From Chloroflexota bacterium (GTDB lineage Bacteria > Chloroflexota > UBA4733), in the NCBI GenBank assembly GCA_023489405.1, contig JAMDCW010000050.1, positions 6,818 through 40,002 of the forward strand: a stretch of 33,185 nt of DNA. Reading direction: 5' to 3'. Position numbers and translations under genes: made by a program. Of the stretch, positions 1 through 8,642 are shown piece after piece. Positions within the stretch are counted from its first letter, which is position 1. Each line of letters starts with the position of its first letter. The notes under the pieces are model-generated. The model was not told where the DNA came from and ran no database searches. It saw nothing but the letters and a program-made list of their open reading frames with translations.

Positions 1-66
1 GCCATGCATCGTATTAATGGGATCTGTCCAAAGTGTAAAGGTAAGGGGCGTATCAGCGTCCGTTGA
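1..66 (+). CDS. 3' end of a gene with a C-terminal CxxCxGxG (DnaJ-type zinc-finger) motif; 5'-truncated by the window edge
   Basis: Frame 1 reads AMHRINGICPKCKGKGRISVR*. The TGA at 64-66 overlaps the murT ATG at 66 (TGATG coupling). Confidence 0.6.
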   Translation, partial: AMHRINGICPKCKGKGRISVR

Positions 67-1463
67 TGAGTTACTCCCTACGTCTCCTCACTGCCATCGC
101 TGCGGCTAAGGCTGCTCGAACTCTGAGCCGTATCTGTAGACATGGTGGTAGTACTTTCCCCGGAATTGTTGCAGAACATATTGCTCCCGGAATCAGCCGG
201 CAGCTTGCTCAACAGCTCACTCGCGGACGTTTTCTCGTGTCTGGTACGAATGGTAAAACGACTACCACGCGCGTATTATCTGCAATTCTTCGCCACGCTG
301 GGTGGCGAGTCGTGCATAATCGTCAGGGAGCGAATCTTCCTTCCGGAATCGCTGCTACATTAGTGTTAGCAACAGATCCTTTGGGAAGCTTAAATGCTTA
401 TGCCGGACTGTTTGAAGTTGATGAAGCATATGTTCCCGCTATTACCACGATCATCCAGCCAACAGTCGCCTTGCTCCATAACCTTTCTCGCGACCAACTA
501 GATCGCTATGGTGAGCTTGATCATCTTCTCCGCTTATGGCGAGAGACATTCGTCGACCATCCAACAAGTGCAACCGTTGTAGCGAATGCTGATGATCCTC
601 TTGTCGTTCGAGCGCTTGAGCATATCGAGACACCGATAGTCTGGTATGGATTTAGCCTTCCAGAGAGCCAGAACAGTACACCGATCGATTTCACTGATGC
701 GCGGTATTGTTCTTGTGGAGCAGTGCTATCGTATCGCTCCATACTATATGGACATTTTGGACAGTGGTACTGTCGGCAGTGCGGTCGTGAGAGGCCGCCG
801 CTGGACGTTTCAGGGTCACAGCCAATCCTTCGCGGAGCAGCAGGCTCTCGCTTCTCTGCCAAAATAGCGGACGCTCATTTTGATATCACCATCCAGTTGC
901 CCGGGTTCTACAACGCGGCGAACGTATTAGGCGCTTTGGCGGCTGCTGTTGCCGGAGGAGTGCCCCCTAATACTGCGGTGGCACCATTGGCACAGATCTC
1001 CCCAGCATATGGTCGGGGCGAGCTCGTCGAGAGCGAGTCGCATCGCTTGCGGCTGTGGCTCGTCAAAAATCCAATGGGCTTCTTACAAGCGCTCACTACA
1101 GCATTGTATGATCAATCTCCTCGTGGAGTGCTCTTAATGGCAATCAATGATCGTATCGCCGATGGCCAAGATGTTTCCTGGCTATGGGACGTAGATTTTG
1201 AAAAGGCCTTGACGGCGGACTCTTTCTCGGCCATCGTCTGTTCCGGAACCCGAGCGTGCGACATCGCCGTACGTCTCAAGTACGCCGGTATGCCGGTAGA
1301 TCGATTGATTATTCGCGAACAGCTACTTACCGGTGTAGAGACGGCCTTTGCGCTTGCACAGGGTGACAGCATACTTCCTGTATTTGCCACGTATACCGCA
1401 ATGAGAGCATTACGTGAGTTGTTCGTCCGGCTCCGTTGGGTTGGCCCGGAATGGGAGGTTTGA
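66..1463 (+). CDS. murT: Lipid II isoglutaminyl synthase subunit MurT (Mur ligase family with DUF1727 C-terminal domain)
   Basis: GTNGKTTT P-loop, FEVDE, NLSRDQLDRYGE, Cys-rich zinc finger, LVKNPMG and ADGQDVSWLWDVDFE motifs. Adjacent to gatD. Confidence 0.93.
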   Translation: MSYSLRLLTAIAAAKAARTLSRICRHGGSTFPGIVAEHIAPGISRQLAQQLTRGRFLVSGTNGKTTTTRVLSAILRHAGWRVVHNRQGANLPSGIAATLVLATDPLGSLNAYAGLFEVDEAYVPAITTIIQPTVALLHNLSRDQLDRYGELDHLLRLWRETFVDHPTSATVVANADDPLVVRALEHIETPIVWYGFSLPESQNSTPIDFTDARYCSCGAVLSYRSILYGHFGQWYCRQCGRERPPLDVSGSQPILRGAAGSRFSAKIADAHFDITIQLPGFYNAANVLGALAAAVAGGVPPNTAVAPLAQISPAYGRGELVESESHRLRLWLVKNPMGFLQALTTALYDQSPRGVLLMAINDRIADGQDVSWLWDVDFEKALTADSFSAIVCSGTRACDIAVRLKYAGMPVDRLIIREQLLTGVETAFALAQGDSILPVFATYTAMRALRELFVRLRWVGPEWEV

Positions 1464-1467
1464 CGCA

Positions 1468-2205
1468 ATAGAAATTCGCCTCGCATTTCTGTACGCTGAC
1501 CTTATGAACATCTATGGTGATCGCGGCAATGTTATCGTGCTGTCGCGTCGCGCCAAATGGCGTGCCATTGATATTTCGGTTCAGGCTGTGGGTGTGGGAG
1601 ACTCGTTAAGTGTCGGGGCCTTTGATCTCATCTTCATCGGCGGTGGTCAAGATCGGCAGCAAACGTTGATGGCGACGGATCTTCACCGAAAGGCCGGGGT
1701 ATTGCGCCGCATGATGGCGGACCACTGTCCAGTTCTCGCTGTGTGTGGTGGCTATCAGCTTCTTGGTCATGTATATCGCGATAACGAGGGACACCAACTA
1801 GAAGGCATAGGGATCTTTGACGCCGTTACCGAACATCCAGGTGATCGAGCTCTACGGTGTATTGGCAACACCGTCGTCGCTTGCGACTGGTTTGGTATGG
1901 GCGCCACACTGGTAGGTTTTGAAAATCATGGAGGGCGGACTTACCTAGGTCATGCTCAACCTCTAGGGCGTGTACTGAGTGGCTTTGGTAACAATGGTTG
2001 CGATGGTCTAGAAGGAGCAATCGCAGGATCAGCGTATGGCACCTATCTTCACGGACCGCTCCTCCCTAAAAATCCTTGGTTCGCTGATCATTTGTTACAC
2101 CTCGCCCTACGTTATCGCTATGGAAAGGACATCCCCCTGCAACCATTAGACGATGTACTCGAAGAACGCGCGCACACGACTATTGCTGGTCGTATCCTAC
2201 GGTAA
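1468..2205 (+). CDS. gatD: Glutamine amidotransferase GatD (CobB/CobQ-like); start uncertain (ATA at 1468 preferred, ORF track uses 1414)
   Basis: LYADLMNIYGDRGN, GGGQD, catalytic AVCGGYQ, GFENHGG and TYLHGPLLPKNP motifs. Follows murT. Confidence 0.92.
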   Translation: MEIRLAFLYADLMNIYGDRGNVIVLSRRAKWRAIDISVQAVGVGDSLSVGAFDLIFIGGGQDRQQTLMATDLHRKAGVLRRMMADHCPVLAVCGGYQLLGHVYRDNEGHQLEGIGIFDAVTEHPGDRALRCIGNTVVACDWFGMGATLVGFENHGGRTYLGHAQPLGRVLSGFGNNGCDGLEGAIAGSAYGTYLHGPLLPKNPWFADHLLHLALRYRYGKDIPLQPLDDVLEERAHTTIAGRILR

Positions 2206-2231
2206 TGTCTTCAGCAAGGCGATTGCCCTCG

Positions 2232-3236
2232 CTAAATATTCATCTGCAGTTGTACTGTCGTACCCTGAGCTGCTGCTTGATACAGTGCTTCAATGATGTA
2301 GGTATTGGCAACTCCGTCCTCAGCCGGTTGGAGCAGTTTTCCTTCCGCCACCGAGCGGGCAAAGTGATCCGCTTCTAGTGCGTACTGGTTGGTCGCTGGA
2401 ATCTCGAATGTTTCAACGTTGTTCCCCCGAATCAACCTGATTGTGACTAGATTTGTCCCAGGCGTAAAGGCACGGTCGGCGATAATCATTCCTTCACTAC
2501 CAGCAACCTCATATCTGCCCCCGCTCCCAGTTTCGAGACTGCAATCTACTATTCCTAGGCGACCTTCTGAGAAAAGGAGAATGCCGCCTAGTGACACATC
2601 AACACCATAGACCGGATCACGATGTTCAAAGGCGCTAGCGGCAATCGGCTCAGCTTCGAAGAGGAATCGAGAGGCATTGACGGCGTAACATCCTACATCC
2701 ATAAGGGCTCCACCTTCAAGCTCTGCGTTCATGCGGATGTTCGAGTCAGGGTTGCGCAAGGTGAAGCAAAAAGAGGCACGTATGATGTGGATTTCGCCTA
2801 TCGCTCCTGCGGCGAGGAGCTCCTTCACTTTTGTGTGTTGGGGGTGATGCCGATACATGAAGGCTTCCATAAGAATGATGTCTCGTTGTGCGCAGCTTTC
2901 CGCCACTTCTCGAGCCGCCGAGACTGTCCGGGCGAGAGGTTTTTCGCAAAGTACGTGCTTGCCCGCTTCTGCAGCTCGACGTGCCCAAATTGCATGCAGG
3001 CGATTCGGTAAGCTAATGTACACGGCGTCGATATCAGGATCGCTTAACAGCTCATCATAGGTTCCATAAGCCTTGGGTAGGTTGAGCTGAGCCGCGACAC
3101 GCTGGGCCTGCGTGAGGTCTCGACTGGCTATGGCAGATACCACACAGAGTTCACTGCTTGATTGTACTGCCGGTATGAACTGGCTCACTCCGATGCGAGC
3201 AGTGCTGATTACTCCAAATCGCAGTTTTTCTTTCAC
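2232..3236 (-). CDS. Gfo/Idh/MocA family NAD(P)-dependent oxidoreductase
   Basis: N-terminal Rossmann fold, HVLCEKP, MEAFMYRHHP and GGALMDVGCY motifs. GGAGG SD upstream of the GTG start. Confidence 0.9.
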   Translation of the reverse strand: MKEKLRFGVISTARIGVSQFIPAVQSSSELCVVSAIASRDLTQAQRVAAQLNLPKAYGTYDELLSDPDIDAVYISLPNRLHAIWARRAAEAGKHVLCEKPLARTVSAAREVAESCAQRDIILMEAFMYRHHPQHTKVKELLAAGAIGEIHIIRASFCFTLRNPDSNIRMNAELEGGALMDVGCYAVNASRFLFEAEPIAASAFEHRDPVYGVDVSLGGILLFSEGRLGIVDCSLETGSGGRYEVAGSEGMIIADRAFTPGTNLVTIRLIRGNNVETFEIPATNQYALEADHFARSVAEGKLLQPAEDGVANTYIIEALYQAAAQGTTVQLQMNI

Positions 3237-3357
3237 GGAACCTTGCCTCCTTCCCCCAAGAAGAACACCAACTTGCCAGCCAGACCATCATACATTCCAG
3301 TATGTGAGCGTAGTAGCGATAGGGAAAGAGGATACATCGATACCGAGGCGTAATGAG

Positions 3358-3387
3358 TTGACACGGATGAGCGATTCGGGCTATAGG
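3358..3387 (+). promoter_or_regulatory. Putative sigma70 promoter for nrtR-pncA-pncB
   Basis: Perfect TTGACA (3358-3363), 18-bp spacer, then TATAGG (3382-3387). The -10 element is imperfect. Confidence 0.35.
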
Positions 3388-3394
3388 TGAGTGG

Positions 3395-4123
3395 ATGCAA
3401 CATGAAATGATGGAAATTCGCGAACATCCCCTCGTTACAGTGGATGTGGTCATCCTTACGATACAGCTCACTACCCTTAATGAAGGGGAAGAATGCCTAC
3501 AAGTGCTGCTTGTCCAACGTAAGCAGCACCCCTTTTGGGAACATTGGGCGATTCCTGGGGGCTTTGTTTTGCACAATGAACGGCTCGATGATGCTGCTCA
3601 ACGTGAACTCCGGGAAAAAGCTGGAGTATCGAAAGTCTATCTCGAACAGCTCTACACCTTTGGCGAGCCGGCCCGTGATCCCAGAGCGCGCGTTATTACC
3701 ATCTCGTATTATGCGCTCGTTCGGAGTAGCGATCTCACAATTCATGCCGATGAAGCGGGACTTACTGTTGCGTGGTTCCCCGTGACCGCGCTTCCTGAGC
3801 GTATGGCCTTCGATCATCGCACAATCGTCGAAACGGCCGTAGAGCGCGTACGTAGCAAAGTGGACTATGCCCCAATTGCTTTTCAGTTTGTTCCCGATTT
3901 ATTCACAATGGCAGAACTGCGCCACGTTTATGAAATTATCCTAGAACGTAAGCTGGATCCGGGGAATTTCATCCACAAAGTGCTAGCCTCGGGTCTAGTA
4001 GAGGCGACAGCTTTTCACCGCAGTGGAAATCGACATCGCCCACCGCGCCTGTATCGCTTTATAGGTCTACGTGAGGAGGCGGGCTTACACTCTACTCATA
4101 ATGTGAAAGGGAGGAGAGTATGA
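3395..4123 (+). CDS. nrtR: NrtR-family NUDIX/winged-HTH transcriptional regulator of NAD salvage
   Basis: VTVDVVI, WAIPGGFV, RELREKAG, LEQLYTFGEPARDPRARV, AFDH, FTMAELRHVYE and RPPRLYRF motifs. Lies directly upstream of pncA and pncB. Confidence 0.88.
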   Translation: MQHEMMEIREHPLVTVDVVILTIQLTTLNEGEECLQVLLVQRKQHPFWEHWAIPGGFVLHNERLDDAAQRELREKAGVSKVYLEQLYTFGEPARDPRARVITISYYALVRSSDLTIHADEAGLTVAWFPVTALPERMAFDHRTIVETAVERVRSKVDYAPIAFQFVPDLFTMAELRHVYEIILERKLDPGNFIHKVLASGLVEATAFHRSGNRHRPPRLYRFIGLREEAGLHSTHNVKGRRV

Positions 4124-4728
4124 GCGCTGCCCTAATTGTCGTCGATGTACAGCGTGATTTCTGTCCGGGAGGTGCGCTTGCAGTGCCTCGAGGAGATGAG
4201 GTTATTCCTACCCTGAATACGTACCTACGTCGAGCTCAGCAACATGGAATACTTGTGTATGTTTCTCGCGATTGGCATCCCCAACGATCTACACATTTCC
4301 AAGCCTATGGAGGACCGTGGCCAGTTCATTGTGTGCAAGAAACGGCGGGAGCAGCTTTCCACCCGACTCTGGAACTACCTAGCAATGCCGTTGTCGTCTC
4401 CAAAGGTATGGGAGCTACCGATGATGGGTATTCTGCTTTTGAAGCCCAAACGGATGGCGGGCTCTTTTTAGAAGATGCTCTCCGCACCGAAGACATCGAT
4501 TGCTTGTGCATTGGTGGTTTAGCAACTGACTACTGCGTGCGCGCCACGGTGCTTGAGGCTTGTTCCAAGGGATTCAGGACAATTCTGCTCCTCGATGGTA
4601 GTCGTGGGGTAAACGTTGCTCCAGGTGATTCCGAACGTGCCATTGTCGAAATGGTGCGAGCAGGCGCTTATGTAACAACACTCGAGCACATCGGAAAGCT
4701 TCAACCAGAGCTCGCGCCGGAGAGGTAG
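4120..4728 (+). CDS. pncA: Nicotinamidase/pyrazinamidase
   Basis: VDVQRDFCPGGALAV, DWHP, WPVHCVQ, KG...YSAF and GLATDYCV motifs. ATGA overlap with nrtR. Confidence 0.93.
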   Translation: MSAALIVVDVQRDFCPGGALAVPRGDEVIPTLNTYLRRAQQHGILVYVSRDWHPQRSTHFQAYGGPWPVHCVQETAGAAFHPTLELPSNAVVVSKGMGATDDGYSAFEAQTDGGLFLEDALRTEDIDCLCIGGLATDYCVRATVLEACSKGFRTILLLDGSRGVNVAPGDSERAIVEMVRAGAYVTTLEHIGKLQPELAPER

Positions 4729-4734
4729 CTTAGG

Positions 4735-6135
4735 ATGTCCTATAATCGCACTGCGTGGCGTCAAGACATCCACCCCGGCTTGCTTACTGACATGTATCAC
4801 CCCGATGCTGCCTACATAAGCTGGCTCAACGGCCGCAATGGAGTTGCTACTTTTGACCTGTATACACGAAAAGCGCCATTCGATGGCTCTTATCTACTAT
4901 TCGCTGGGTTAGAGCAAGCTCTAGAGTTCATACGAGATTTTCGTTATACACCTGAAGACTTGCGTTTTTTAGCCCAGATCCGTGATTATCACCCCGGTTT
5001 TTTGGAAGAGCTGGAAAGCCTCCGTTTCACCGGGGATCTCCTTGCAATGCCTGAAGGGTCAATAGCATTTCCTAATGAGCCATTGCTGCGTGTCACTGCA
5101 CCGTTTCGCGAGGCGCTGCTCGTTGAAGCTGGCCTCCTCAATGCGATCAATCTTGCCACGCTCATAGCGACAAAAGCGTCACGTATCGTGTATGCTGCCA
5201 GGGGACGTCGCGTCTCCGAGTTTTCTTTCCGGCGTGCCCAGGAGCCATTTGTCGTAGCGCGTTCAGCATTCATTGGCGGCTGTTCCAGCACCTCCTTCCT
5301 CGCAGCCGCATATCAGTATCGTCTCTTGGCCACTGGGACGATTCCCCATGCACTCGTGCAGATCTTCGAGGATGAGCAGTCAGCATTTGAAGCCGTAGCA
5401 CGGACATATAATCGCTACACGCTCTTGCTCGATACGTACGATGTGCAACGTGCGATTCATGTCGCTGTGGATGTCGCTCTTGCCACCCAGCGCGAATTAG
5501 GGCATACGCTTGCTGCTGTGCGCTTAGATAGTGGTGATTTGCTCAACGATAGCCTGCTCGTCCGGGCAGTGTTGGATGAGGCAGGGCTTGCGGAAGTCAG
5601 AATTCTTGCGAGTGGAGACCTCGACGAGTTTTCTATTGCTGATCTATTGGCGAACGGTGCACCAATCGACGGTTTTGGCGTTGGTACACACCTGGGTGTT
5701 GGCGCCGGATCGGTAACGCATGGCATCCCTGGAGGTTTCCTTGGTGGAGTATATAAGCTCGTACACTATGCCGATACTATTCAAGACGATCGTCCGCTGA
5801 TGAAACACGCCCCTGGTAAAGCAACGTGGCCAGGTAAGAAGGAAGTCTATCGTGTTGGACAGTATGAGCACGATGTTGTCGCCTTAGAAGCAGAGCCAGC
5901 TCCACCAAGAGCAACGCGACTATTGCGACCTGTAGTGCGTAATGGGGTAGTATTATCGGGGAGTCTACCCCCACTTAGCGAAATCTGGGAACTGGCTCAG
6001 CGTAATCTTCAATCATTGCCTGAGTGCTATCGTCTTCTCAAAGATGCAGCCGCCTACCCCGTGCAATTCAGCAGAGCACTGGAGAACTTGCGGAAGGAAC
6101 TTGCACATGAGGAAAAGACAGAGAACGGTGCATAG
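4735..6135 (+). CDS. pncB: Nicotinate phosphoribosyltransferase
   Basis: LLTDMY, EPLLRV, IATKASRI, RRAQ, GTIPH, LLDTYD, VRLDSGDL, ASGDLDE, GFGVGT and GVYKLV motifs. Confidence 0.93.
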   Translation: MSYNRTAWRQDIHPGLLTDMYHPDAAYISWLNGRNGVATFDLYTRKAPFDGSYLLFAGLEQALEFIRDFRYTPEDLRFLAQIRDYHPGFLEELESLRFTGDLLAMPEGSIAFPNEPLLRVTAPFREALLVEAGLLNAINLATLIATKASRIVYAARGRRVSEFSFRRAQEPFVVARSAFIGGCSSTSFLAAAYQYRLLATGTIPHALVQIFEDEQSAFEAVARTYNRYTLLLDTYDVQRAIHVAVDVALATQRELGHTLAAVRLDSGDLLNDSLLVRAVLDEAGLAEVRILASGDLDEFSIADLLANGAPIDGFGVGTHLGVGAGSVTHGIPGGFLGGVYKLVHYADTIQDDRPLMKHAPGKATWPGKKEVYRVGQYEHDVVALEAEPAPPRATRLLRPVVRNGVVLSGSLPPLSEIWELAQRNLQSLPECYRLLKDAAAYPVQFSRALENLRKELAHEEKTENGA

Positions 6136-6154
6136 CTGGTTACACACCTTTCTC

Positions 6155-6259
6155 GATGATCGACCGTAGCTCTCGTACAGTGGCCCGCACGCGAGTCTCA
6201 TAGAGCTCTTGGTCGAGTTTGTTGAGTTGCCGTTGAGCACTGTAGGAGCTATCGTCATT
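6155..6259 (+). other. Long imperfect inverted repeat (candidate structured RNA) between pncB and the GNAT gene
   Basis: TAGCTCT-cg-TACAGTG (6167-6182) pairs with CACTGTA-GGAGCTA (6238-6251). Outer GATGA and CGA pair with TCG-TCATT. Confidence 0.4.
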
Positions 6260-6318
6260 CTGGTATACCCCATATTGCTCTCTGACTTCTCTGGCTAGGA
6301 TTAAGGAAATCGCATAAG

Positions 6319-7332
6319 ATGTATCACTTTTTGACAAGCGGCAAGCTTTCCAGCGGCGAGGCTGTTGACTTTGGCTATGTTGAGGCTCCTGATCTAGAGT
6401 GGTCTGGTCGGCTGCTCACCTTTCTCGCACACAAGGCGCCAGACTGGCGCTTTCACCTGGAGCGAGCCTTCGTGGACTCGCTTGATGGGTTACGCACTCG
6501 CTTCTATATCGCTACGGTGCATGAGGAACTGGTCAGCCAGGTGATGATTTCGGATGCACGCGGTTGTGGCATCCTGAGCCACGTGTTTACCGCGCCGCAA
6601 TGGCGGCGGCGAAACGCTTATCGCCAGCTCATGGCGATCCAGATGGAACATTGCGCAGCGAGCGGTATCAAGATCCTTACCCTGAGCACAGGCTTCAATA
6701 CCCACCCATATTGGATCTATCACTCGTTTGGCTTCCGTTCCATTGCGCCGGGATCTGGGGCAATGATGTGGAAGGTGTCGCCGGAGAGTGATCGCGAACT
6801 GCTGCAGCCTTCCGCAACTGTTACGACCCGAGCGCTGCGGTGGGAGGATTGGCCTGTGCTTAACGTCTCAGCAGTTCAGCCGGTGATGCCTTCTGAACCA
6901 TTGCCTCGATTCTCCACCATGGGGGTGAGTGGTCAGGGAAATCTCGAAGGCTCATTCATCTCTTTTCAGAGGCGAATACAAGCCTTTGATACAGAATTCC
7001 AGCGTGTTCAAGTGACAGAGCACGGCGCAGTAGGGGGATGGTGTTTCTTCAGCCCGGACCCTGGTTGGTTTAATCGCGTATGGCGGGCGGATATCTGTGC
7101 GCTGCCAGCATTTACGGAGATTTGCTCTCAGTCGCCTGATAGTATGTCCTGGCCAGAGGCGCCAATCTGGACGGTTACCACATCTGATAAGGGGAAAGCG
7201 CAGTGGCTTCATACCCTTGGCTTCTCTCAGCGCACTGTGCTGAAAGGTTGGTTGGAACGAAAAGGGTATCCTATGGACGCTGAAGTGTGGGAACGACCGT
7301 TTGTCTCAAAGAGCACGTTCCTCAATAAATAA
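6319..7332 (+). CDS. GNAT family N-acetyltransferase with C-terminal extension
   Basis: LSHVFTAPQWRRRNAY acetyl-CoA-binding motif A, followed by IYHSFGF. A possible degenerate second GNAT fold (LHTLGF) lies C-terminally. Confidence 0.75.
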   Translation: MYHFLTSGKLSSGEAVDFGYVEAPDLEWSGRLLTFLAHKAPDWRFHLERAFVDSLDGLRTRFYIATVHEELVSQVMISDARGCGILSHVFTAPQWRRRNAYRQLMAIQMEHCAASGIKILTLSTGFNTHPYWIYHSFGFRSIAPGSGAMMWKVSPESDRELLQPSATVTTRALRWEDWPVLNVSAVQPVMPSEPLPRFSTMGVSGQGNLEGSFISFQRRIQAFDTEFQRVQVTEHGAVGGWCFFSPDPGWFNRVWRADICALPAFTEICSQSPDSMSWPEAPIWTVTTSDKGKAQWLHTLGFSQRTVLKGWLERKGYPMDAEVWERPFVSKSTFLNK

Positions 7333-7427
7333 GGTTGGTGCGTTTGGGACATAGGATCAAAGGTTGAGTTGTCCAGTATACTGGCTGGGATGTCAGTAGG
7401 GGATAAGCCTCTGGCGGAGGAAACAGC

Positions 7428-7832
7428 ATGACCACACCTCGTTACGAGCGCGAAATTCGCTCTATCCTTGATGGTATTTCGGATTTTCCGGGAGATTATT
7501 CATCACACAGTCACGGCATACCCCCTCGTAACCGGCAATCGCCTCGTTCATTGAGAGTACAGTTACTCAGTACGAGAGACGCGCTACTCCTAGCCGGTGC
7601 GCTCGTTATCTTTGCCCGTTTCGGGGGCATACTTATCGGAGCAGGTGCCAGTTTTCTCCTCGGTATTGTGGCGGCATTCCTCGTCATCTACGGTATCTTG
7701 CTCGCCTTCACCCAAGCATTGTTCGTTCAGAAGCATCCGCATATGTGGCGTGGACGGGTAATTGATTATCCACGTTCTACTGTACCGCCCTGGTGGTCGC
7801 GTCTTCAGCGTTGGTTCCGTCCGCGATACTGA
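7428..7832 (+). CDS. Small hypothetical membrane protein (2 predicted TM helices)
   Basis: GGAGG SD before the ATG, central hydrophobic stretch, basic/aromatic tail (WRGRVIDY...WWSRLQRWF). Confidence 0.7.
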   Translation: MTTPRYEREIRSILDGISDFPGDYSSHSHGIPPRNRQSPRSLRVQLLSTRDALLLAGALVIFARFGGILIGAGASFLLGIVAAFLVIYGILLAFTQALFVQKHPHMWRGRVIDYPRSTVPPWWSRLQRWFRPRY

Positions 7833-7901
7833 GAAGCTCATGTGTCAGCTCAGGTCGGAGAATGCTACACTGGTGCTAGGCTTGGGAGTAGGACATCATA
7901 C

Positions 7902-8198
7902 GTGAAGCTCGTAACGGTTATCACATACCCGGATGATGCAGCGACATTGATTGAGACTTTACGCCAATCAGATTTTCGTTCTACTCGTCTAGACACTGCT
8001 GGGGGCTTCTTGAAACGTGGTAATGCCACTGTCTTTATCGGTGTTGATAATGATCAAGTCGATGAAGTCCTGCGCATCATTCAAGAGACGTGTAAGCCCC
8101 ACACAGTCAATTCCTCTTCTGATCGTGCAGCGCGATCTGTCCGAACCTCGGCCGCAACTGTCATGGTCCTCAATGTTAGCCGTTTCGAACGGCTATAA
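7902..8198 (+). CDS. darA: Cyclic-di-AMP receptor, PII-like DarA/PstA (DUF970) family
   Basis: A GTG start at 7902 gives MKLVTVI..., then TRLDTAGGFLKRGNATVFIGV, VDEVLRIIQETC and the C-terminus ATVMVLNVSRFERL. Confidence 0.85.
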   Translation: MKLVTVITYPDDAATLIETLRQSDFRSTRLDTAGGFLKRGNATVFIGVDNDQVDEVLRIIQETCKPHTVNSSSDRAARSVRTSAATVMVLNVSRFERL

Positions 8199-8218
8199 GC
8201 GGAGAGGGGAGACGAGCA

Positions 8219-8623
8219 ATGGAAAAGACAAAAGTAATCCAGCTTACCGAAAGTGATTGCTGGGCGGTTGATTATCTCATTCGACACACCTGGAAAGATG
8301 ACGAGGGACCGTCAGGGGTTGCGAAAGGGTTATTGATCAAGGTCTTTAGCCTACTCAAGGAATTTGAAGCTGGCTCTCGTTCACCAACGCTTCCTGTCGC
8401 ATTGACAGAACGTGAATGTTGGTGTATTGATTTCAATATTCGACATGATCTAACGATGGGGCATGAACCTGTTGGTAAACACATCCTCTTACAGGTATTC
8501 GGTCTTATTCTCGAGTTTCAGAATGAGCAGGCGACCGAGGATTCTTTGCGAGGTGTAAATTTCATTCACCGCCCCGCCACAAATAACTTAGATACTCCTT
8601 ATGGCGATAGCACTGATCATTAG
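8219..8623 (+). CDS. Hypothetical protein made of two tandem ~45-aa homologous units
   Basis: Purine-rich SD (GAGGGGAG). Internal repeat LTExxCWxxDxxIRH...KxxLxxVFxLxxEF. Confidence 0.75.
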   Translation: MEKTKVIQLTESDCWAVDYLIRHTWKDDEGPSGVAKGLLIKVFSLLKEFEAGSRSPTLPVALTERECWCIDFNIRHDLTMGHEPVGKHILLQVFGLILEFQNEQATEDSLRGVNFIHRPATNNLDTPYGDSTDH

Positions 8624-8642
8624 CTCATAGTAGCAGCGACGC

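Noticed and set aside
3280-3410. NrtR operator upstream of nrtR
   Set aside because: Only weak matches were found (GT-N7-AC at 3391-3401, CATAC-N6-GTATG near 3289), without the AT-rich palindromic flanks. A site cannot be supported.
6013-6337. Minus-strand ORFs of 65 and 86 aa as genes
   Set aside because: No SD, overlap with neighbouring genes and no recognisable motif. The region is better explained by the inverted repeat.
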